From Armatimonadota bacterium (lineage in GTDB: Bacteria > Armatimonadota > UBA5829 > DTLH01), in NCBI GenBank assembly GCA_039680575.1, contig JBDKSP010000055.1, forward strand, positions 1 through 23,096: a stretch of DNA of 23,096 nt, in the 5' to 3' direction. The notes beneath the pieces were generated by a model. The model was given only the letters and a program-made list of their open reading frames with translations. It did no database searches and was not told the origin of the DNA. The position numbers and the translations under genes were made by a program. Of the stretch, positions 17,445 to 23,096 are shown piece by piece. Positions within the stretch are counted from its first letter, which is position 1. Each line of letters starts with the position of its first letter.

Positions 17445-18074
17445 TTATGCTGTCTCCAGCCAATCGAGCTGGCCGCGCAGCTTTTTACACGCGTAATGCA
17501 GCCTCGACCAGACCGTCCCTACCGAACAATTGAGGGTTTTTGCTATCTCCTCGCAGGAATAATCTTCGAAATAATGCAGTATCACCACCGTTCGATGCTT
17601 TTCCGGCAGTCTGTCGACCGCTTTTTGCACCGCCAGTTTCCGCTCGCTCTCCTGGGCGGCATCGATCGGAAGTTTTTGTTCAGAAGTATCGGTCGCGGTG
17701 TCTGCAATCATATCCATATCCTCGATCGGCATTGTCTGCCTGATTTTCGATTTCCGCAGGTGCTTGATCGCGGTATTAACAGCAATGGTATGAAGCCATG
17801 TCGAGAAAGCCGCTTGGCCTCTGAAACTGCCGATGGACCGGTAAGCCGTCACGAAGACATCCTGCACAAGATCATCTACATCATCCCGGCAGTTGACCAT
17901 CCTGGAGACGATGCCATACACTGCGCCCTGATGTCTGTTCACCAACTCGCTGTATGCTGGTATGTCTCCGCACTTTACGTGCTCTACCAGGTCCGTATCC
18001 GGCTCTACCGCCCGCCCTATAAGCAGACTGTTCTCTGTAACTATGGCCATACCCCGAAAATTGCAGTCAAACAA
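17445..18074 (-). CDS. ECF RNA polymerase sigma factor
   Basis: Region 2 DDLVQDVFVTAY…FSTWLHTIAVN; region 4 RLPEKHRTVVILHYFEDYSCEEIA…GTVWSRLHYA. The start may be the ATG at 18050. Confidence 0.93.
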   Translation of the reverse strand: MFDCNFRGMAIVTENSLLIGRAVEPDTDLVEHVKCGDIPAYSELVNRHQGAVYGIVSRMVNCRDDVDDLVQDVFVTAYRSIGSFRGQAAFSTWLHTIAVNTAIKHLRKSKIRQTMPIEDMDMIADTATDTSEQKLPIDAAQESERKLAVQKAVDRLPEKHRTVVILHYFEDYSCEEIAKTLNCSVGTVWSRLHYACKKLRGQLDWLETA

Positions 18075-18184
18075 GTATATACTATTTCACCCAAGGCCAA
18101 CAGGCTGATCTACCGCCATCACAAGATCCCGGTTTCAATTACTTAGATCTTTAATACAACCGGAACCTTCATTTACAACAACAA

Positions 18185-18211
18185 GGAGGCAGCCTCTTTG
18201 GCACTGCCTCC
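18185..18211 (-). terminator. Probable terminator after the barrel gene
   Basis: GGAGGCAG/CTGCCTCC 8-bp stem followed by TTGTTGTT on the minus strand. Confidence 0.55.
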
Positions 18212-18242
18212 CCTAAACCTTCTCTCTTTTCAGATTCTTTAA

Positions 18243-19304
18243 TTAGAACCTGATTGTCCTCGATATGCTGAGCGGTGTTTCCGAAGCGAAGGCAAAATCG
18301 TATCCGAATACGCCCACACCGGTAGTCAGCACATGTCCGGTATAGCCTGCCCGGAGCCCTAACCATCTGACCGGCCTGAACTCTACGCCCATTCTCAGGT
18401 CCGTACCCTCATCATACGCATCCGTCAGGTTAACAATGTCCGCGACGACAACCATTTTCGAAGTCGGCTGCATCGACACACCTACGTTCCAGATCGTTTC
18501 CTGGTCGATGTCTCCGAGGCTCGGTTTCAATAGGTTTGTCACTGCCAGTCCATAGCTCATCTGGCGCTTACCGGGCGCGCGGTAGATCAGCCCAAAGTCA
18601 CCGCCGATACCGGACTCTTCTTTCACCGGTTCGCTGGATGTCGTAAGCGCATTGTTGGGATCGTTTGAACCGGACCAGTTGATGGTACGGCGGATGTATC
18701 TGCCTTTTACCGCCCTGACACGAGCGCCGATCCAGAGGTCGCCTTTGCCCGTTGCGAACTTCGGGACTTTGAACCCTGCCGATATGGAAGGCACTGACGC
18801 GGCAGCCTCTGCCCAGACCACAGCTTCCATTTTACTTGGATCTGAAGGCAGGTTACCCGTCCGGGCGAACTCTTTGAACTCATCATTCGGTATAATCTTA
18901 AGTCTTGCCTCACCATCTAGCATCGCGCTTATGGAAAGACCGGAGATACCTGTCGATGCTCCTGCATCAAGCGTCGTATCATGCGTTCCGAACTCCCGTG
19001 CGATCTCGACACCCTGTGTACCGGACAGGTCCCAAATATCATTTGCCCACTTGGAAATGTCGTCAACACTTGCCCCGTCCGCGCGGATTCCGAAATTAGG
19101 GAGCGTAAACCTTACGCGTTTGGAAAGCAACCCCATTGCAGCCGGGTTCATCGTTGCGGTCTCAGATGGATTGTCTATCGACGCCAGACCAGCGCCTCCC
19201 ATAGCATAAAACCGCGCCTGCCCGCCCATACTTACATCAGCCATCGCGGACACTGCGGCAAAAAGTATCGCGGCGATAATGAACGCCGCCTTAATGACTC
19301 GCAT
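18243..19304 (-). CDS. TraF_2/FadL/PorV-like outer-membrane beta-barrel protein
   Basis: Signal peptide, then the ARFYAMGGAGLA…NPAAMG plug motif, amphipathic strands (GGDFGLIY, LRMGVEF, LGLRAGY) and a C-terminal Phe. Confidence 0.7.
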   Translation of the reverse strand: MRVIKAAFIIAAILFAAVSAMADVSMGGQARFYAMGGAGLASIDNPSETATMNPAAMGLLSKRVRFTLPNFGIRADGASVDDISKWANDIWDLSGTQGVEIAREFGTHDTTLDAGASTGISGLSISAMLDGEARLKIIPNDEFKEFARTGNLPSDPSKMEAVVWAEAAASVPSISAGFKVPKFATGKGDLWIGARVRAVKGRYIRRTINWSGSNDPNNALTTSSEPVKEESGIGGDFGLIYRAPGKRQMSYGLAVTNLLKPSLGDIDQETIWNVGVSMQPTSKMVVVADIVNLTDAYDEGTDLRMGVEFRPVRWLGLRAGYTGHVLTTGVGVFGYDFAFASETPLSISRTIRF

Positions 19305-19403
19305 TTTCTAACTTCCCCTCCTGAATATTTATAAATATCGAAACTGCAATATAACAGGTAATTTTTCGACAGACACTTCGCCAGCACCTCGTATGAACAG
19401 ACT

Positions 19404-20252
19404 CTAGCAGACATGCAATAGCACAGCCAGTGCGAACGAGGTCAAGGTAAGGGCTCCTGTTCCGATTATGCCTGCATCGGGGGAATAAAGCCCTCCTGTC
19501 ACCCAATCAGGACCTTCCACCTGGCATTCGACAAGACCGCCGTCATACACACGGCCGCTGCACGGCAGGCCATAAATCGGCCCCATAGCAAGGTTCCAAC
19601 CAAAGTGAAGCCCAATCGAAGCCCATAGAGCACCTGTCATCAGCCTTGCCTGAGCGGTCACAACGCCGAAAATAAACGCATTTAGAGTAAATATCAACGG
19701 CATCTTGGGATGTTTGATGATGTGAAGCAGTGAAAACACAAGAGATGACCCTACTACAGCAGCGGTAACACCCCAGGTATGGCTGAGCACGGTAAAGACA
19801 TATCCCCGGAACGCTATCTCTTCGAAGACTGCGGCCATCGAAAAATCGCAGACCCCGCCGCAGAAGGATGGAACCTGATGTCTGGATAGGCTGCTCCTCT
19901 CGATCTTGTACCATCCGAAGTTGTATCCTGCCATGAAAACCAGAGTGACCACAGCAAATGCTATAGCGATACCTTCGACAAAGACAGCCGTCGATTCGAA
20001 CGTGGCCTGAAGTCCGAGCGACTCGAAAGACCGGCGGTCTACGTACGTACAGAAACCCCATGTTACAAGCAGGGCGGATATAAGCGGAATCGTAGCGCAC
20101 AAAGCGCTGAGGATTGCGCGAAGTGTTGGTCCGGTAGCCAATTTCATTGCCCATCGGTTGATCCGCCAATAGACCCGGTGTGCGAATTCGAGCACCAGTC
20201 CGATGCAGACCACGTAAGCGGCAAGTTTGGCCCATGTGCCGACGTCGGCCAT
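19404..20252 (-). CDS. CPBP (CAAX/Abi) family intramembrane glutamic endopeptidase
   Basis: FEEIAFRGY (EExxxR), FSLLH (FxxxH), GLHFGWN (HxxxN), multiple TM segments. Confidence 0.9.
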   Translation of the reverse strand: MADVGTWAKLAAYVVCIGLVLEFAHRVYWRINRWAMKLATGPTLRAILSALCATIPLISALLVTWGFCTYVDRRSFESLGLQATFESTAVFVEGIAIAFAVVTLVFMAGYNFGWYKIERSSLSRHQVPSFCGGVCDFSMAAVFEEIAFRGYVFTVLSHTWGVTAAVVGSSLVFSLLHIIKHPKMPLIFTLNAFIFGVVTAQARLMTGALWASIGLHFGWNLAMGPIYGLPCSGRVYDGGLVECQVEGPDWVTGGLYSPDAGIIGTGALTLTSFALAVLLHVC

Positions 20253-20353
20253 AATCAGTAAAACCCACCTATAGCGCTGATTAAACTGCTATAGCACTAT
20301 TCCATAGACTTGCGGGTTCATTACTGTATTTTTTATTATCAGCTTCCGAAAGA

Positions 20354-20722
20354 TCAGACGTGGTTGAGGCGATCTTTCAGTGTCTTCAGCGCAGATACGG
20401 CTTTGGCGTAGGTCGAATCCAGTTGAACCGCCTTCTCATACTCATACTCCGCCTCGGTCAATATACCGACTGCTTCGTATGCCTGAGCGATGTTGTAATG
20501 GATCCTGGCATTATCCGGCGCGATCTGTTCCGCCAATTTGAATGCGCCGATAGCTTTCTCAAAGCGACTTTTGGCGGCGTAGGCAGCGCCAAGACAATTG
20601 AAGACCCTGTAGTCTTTGTGGCTCTGTCGGCTTGCTTCCTCAAACTCACTTACGGCTGTATCGTAATCACCAGCCTTCATGGCTGCAAGCCCTGTTTCGT
20701 AGTGATTATTCGATTGCTCCAT
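20354..20722 (-). CDS. Small TPR repeat protein
   Basis: About 3 TPRs (HYETGLAAMKAGDY…, FNCLGAAYAAKSRF…, HYNIAQAYEAVG…); GGGAG RBS. Confidence 0.88.
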   Translation of the reverse strand: MEQSNNHYETGLAAMKAGDYDTAVSEFEEASRQSHKDYRVFNCLGAAYAAKSRFEKAIGAFKLAEQIAPDNARIHYNIAQAYEAVGILTEAEYEYEKAVQLDSTYAKAVSALKTLKDRLNHV

Positions 20723-20770
20723 TAACTAACACTCCCGTTACGAAACAAGCTTATTCCTTTTCCTGTGGCA

Positions 20771-20799
20771 AGTATATCCTGCTGAATATCAACTGTCAA
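20771..20799 (-). promoter_or_regulatory. Sigma70-type promoter for the TPR gene
   Basis: TTGACA-17 bp-TATACT. Confidence 0.7.
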
Positions 20800-20943
20800 G
20801 AAAAACAGACAAAACAGCCGCTTACTTTTCTGAATATTGTATAATAATCAGCAAAATACTGAATCAATCTGTTATAATTCATCCAAACGCTAAAGAAAAT
20901 AGATAGCCTGTCTGTGGTTCTGGACAGTTTGGGCGGATGAACT

Positions 20944-21759
20944 ATGATTAGATACCTTCCAATCGCTGTTGTAAGTGCAGTTATCAGTTTCACTCTGTTC
21001 AGAAGCCTTTATCTCTACACTAAATCCAAACTGCTTCGCGCTGTAATAGCACTCGCGGCCTTCGTGTTTGCAACCCCAGCAGCGTCGTTCGCAAGCAATT
21101 ATCTCCTTAACCTGCCTAACGAGGCCTGGTTTTTCAACCTCCACAGCCTGCCCGGAATCGAAGCAGCATCCGGTCTGATCGGAGCCTTTTTGGGTGTTAT
21201 GTTCGCCGATTCCAAGCTCCGTCAGAACCGGCTGAACACTCCGGTTCTGACAGTTGCAACGATTATTACGGCGATGATGCTGGTTTCACCGTTCACGGAT
21301 CAGCTATTCTTCCGGCAGGACTATTCAAAGCTCACGAATGAATGGACAAATGGAATCTGCCGGCAGACCAGTTCATATACCTGTGTACCCGCTTCGTGTG
21401 CGACGATTATCAAGCTGCTTGGCGGGAATGTAACAGAGCAGGAAATAGCCAGGGAAGCAGGAACAACCAAAAGAGGCACCGAAATATGGTATATGATGCG
21501 CGCGTTGCGAAAGCACGGCTACAAGATCGAGCCTCACTCCGCAAAATCGTTGAAAGACATGCCGACTCCATGTATTCTCGGCATAAAGCTGGGAAGCATT
21601 GGGCATGCAGTAGTGCTGATGTCAAAGAGTACTGACGGACCGGAAATCGGCGACCCGTTATCAGGCCAGCGCAAACACTACACATGGAAACTTTTCGAGC
21701 GAAACTATCATCCCTCGCCGGTCTACTTCGTGATAAAACCGCTGGAGCGATCAAAATAG
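20944..21759 (+). CDS. Membrane-anchored cysteine peptidase, C39-like
   Basis: About 4 N-terminal TM helices, then RQTSSYTCVPASCAT (Q…C), GTE, GHAVVL (His) and IGDP (Asp). Confidence 0.8.
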   Translation: MIRYLPIAVVSAVISFTLFRSLYLYTKSKLLRAVIALAAFVFATPAASFASNYLLNLPNEAWFFNLHSLPGIEAASGLIGAFLGVMFADSKLRQNRLNTPVLTVATIITAMMLVSPFTDQLFFRQDYSKLTNEWTNGICRQTSSYTCVPASCATIIKLLGGNVTEQEIAREAGTTKRGTEIWYMMRALRKHGYKIEPHSAKSLKDMPTPCILGIKLGSIGHAVVLMSKSTDGPEIGDPLSGQRKHYTWKLFERNYHPSPVYFVIKPLERSK

Positions 21760-21772
21760 AGGCTAAATAAGC

Positions 21773-21817
21773 AAAAAAGGCCGAGATTCAAGCTCATTCA
21801 AGCTAAAATCTCGACCT
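21773..21817 (-). terminator. Intrinsic terminator downstream of tRNA-Lys (possibly bidirectional)
   Basis: Minus strand AGGTCGAGATT…AATCTCGGCC-TTTTTT; ATTCAAGCT occurs twice across the loop. Confidence 0.7.
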
Positions 21818-21828
21818 CTCTGTTCGAA

Positions 21829-21904
21829 TGGTGAGCCGTATTGGATTCGAACCAATGACCCTCTCCTTAAAAGGGAGATGCTCTGCCGACTGAGCTAACG
21901 GCCC
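21829..21904 (-). tRNA. tRNA-Lys (anticodon TTT), 76 nt, CCA encoded
   Basis: GGGCCGT TA GCTC AGTCGGCA GAGC A TCTCC CTTTTAA GGAGA GGGTC ATTGG TTCGAAT CCAAT ACGGCTC ACCA folds into a full cloverleaf. Confidence 0.97.
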
Positions 21905-21934
21905 TCGAACGAGCGTAAATCGTGCTCAATTTGT

Positions 21935-22000
21935 CGAGGGAGATTGCCAAGCATCAAAACTAGAGAGATTGCCATGTTGGACACGAGGGAGATTGCCAAG
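21935..22000 (+). repeat. Three direct repeats with core GAGATTGCCA
   Basis: Core at 21940, 21965 and 21989. The outer copies are identical 17-mers CGAGGGAGATTGCCAAG (21935-21951, 21984-22000). Confidence 0.9.
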
Positions 22001-22010
22001 GTGATTAATC

Positions 22011-23063
22011 GTGTCTCGTGTCGGGAAACTAGCACAAGAAGGAAACGTTGTACGGCTCCAAACAGCTACCTGGGAGCCGATTATCTCATTCTACTTGGAT
22101 GAATGCCGGTTCCGCAGAATGTCCGCAAAGACAATCAAGGATAAAGAATGGTGGCTTGAACGGTTTACTGACTCAGACTGTCCGCCTGCAGACGCACTTA
22201 CTTCCACCCGCATCATAAGCTTTGTTGGTAAATACAAAAACGGAGCAACTACCCATAAAGCATACACCGTCATTGCCGCGTTTTATAAATGGTTAACTCG
22301 TGAAGGCTGGATTGAGTCAAACCCTTGTACCGGGCTGTCAGGTCCGAAGGTCCCAAAGGTGATAATCCCGACCTTTGAGACTACAGAAGTAGAAGCAATG
22401 ATTCAAGCGGCAGAAAAACGAGGCGGCTTTCTCGGCATTCGTGACGCTGCAATAATCGTGCTGCTGTATGACACCGGAATGCGAGTCTCGGAACTGTGCG
22501 GGCTTGCCGACAGTGATATGGTCCTTCATTCAAAGCGGCTCCTTGTTCATGGCAAAGGAGATAAAGAACGCACAGTATTCTTCGGGCTTCACGCAAAGAA
22601 GCTGCTCAATAACTATCTGATAATCAGGAATAATGCTCTCTCACGCGAAGGAACTGACTCTTGCAGGCTGTTTATAAGCGCAGAAGTCTCGACTGGCGGC
22701 TCAACTATTCCCCTGACCGCTAATTATGTCTCAAAGATGGTCCGGCATTATGCCAAGCTCACAAAGGCCAAGTGCAGGCGTCCATCCCCGCATACACTCC
22801 GTCATACCTTCGCTGTCCAGTTCCTACGCGGCGGAGGAAGCGTCTTTGCCCTTCAACGGCTCTTGGGACACGAAACACTAGAAATGACACGGAGATATGT
22901 CCAGCTTGCCGATACGGACCTTGAGACTGCTCACGCGATTGCATCGCCGGGGGATAGATTATGCGGAATAGTCAGTAACCTCCAGCAGAGCTGGAGGCTT
23001 GAATATAGGAACCGCTCAAAGCGGTCTTTGTTCGTCATTTATGAGCCGCCCAAGGCGGCCTAA
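22011..23063 (+). CDS. Tyrosine recombinase/integrase (XerC-like), probably the edge of a genomic island
   Basis: Catalytic residues DTGMRVSEL (R), HGKGDKER (K), HTLRH (HxxR), LGH, TRRY (Y). SAM-like core-binding domain, AAGGTGA RBS, adjacent to a tRNA. Confidence 0.92.
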   Translation: MSRVGKLAQEGNVVRLQTATWEPIISFYLDECRFRRMSAKTIKDKEWWLERFTDSDCPPADALTSTRIISFVGKYKNGATTHKAYTVIAAFYKWLTREGWIESNPCTGLSGPKVPKVIIPTFETTEVEAMIQAAEKRGGFLGIRDAAIIVLLYDTGMRVSELCGLADSDMVLHSKRLLVHGKGDKERTVFFGLHAKKLLNNYLIIRNNALSREGTDSCRLFISAEVSTGGSTIPLTANYVSKMVRHYAKLTKAKCRRPSPHTLRHTFAVQFLRGGGSVFALQRLLGHETLEMTRRYVQLADTDLETAHAIASPGDRLCGIVSNLQQSWRLEYRNRSKRSLFVIYEPPKAA

Positions 23064-23096
23064 TACAGCTGCAGTTGGTCTATTCTCTTATCCTCT

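Noticed and set aside
19404..21759. RiPP/bacteriocin cluster (CPBP immunity protein plus C39 peptidase)
   Set aside because: No precursor peptide, modifying enzyme or ABC exporter is visible, and the genes are divergently transcribed.
21935..22000. Mini-CRISPR array
   Set aside because: Repeats are 10-17 bp with a ~24-bp period, far too short for CRISPR repeats and spacers, and there are no cas genes.
21935..22000. Minus-strand TTGGCA repeats as sigma54 promoters for the tRNA
   Set aside because: There is no GC at the GG-N10-GC position in any copy.

Overview
Bacterial chromosomal window with mostly minus-strand genes. The organism is probably a diderm, given a beta-barrel-like gene; an Armatimonadota-like lineage is only an impression. 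Left to right it holds: a partial ORF; a large secreted hypothetical protein; an operon coaX - dusB - 'quinate 5-dehydrogenase'-like gene - acyl-ACP-reductase-like (COG5322) gene; a CAP/SCP protein divergent from an M48 peptidase; a beta-helix carbohydrate-active enzyme; a membrane hypothetical protein; a multi-GAF/PAS histidine kinase with a sigma54 activator; an ECF sigma / zinc anti-sigma-TPR pair; a TraF/FadL-like barrel; a CPBP protease; a TPR protein; a membrane-anchored C39-like peptidase; tRNA-Lys(UUU); and a tyrosine integrase. Five items stand out. (1) The sigma54 activator lacks its DNA-binding HTH, and a good -24/-12 promoter lies in front of the M48 peptidase. (2) The AAR-like thioester reductase has no aldehyde deformylating oxygenase partner and is coupled to an uncharacterised gene. 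(3) The integrase sits at the 5' side of the tRNA, with three phased GAGATTGCCA repeats between them. (4) A ~100-bp composite GTAG-REP-like element occurs twice in inverted orientation. (5) A promoter followed by a terminator-like hairpin lies directly in front of coaX. All family calls come from motif recognition by eye; no searches were run.
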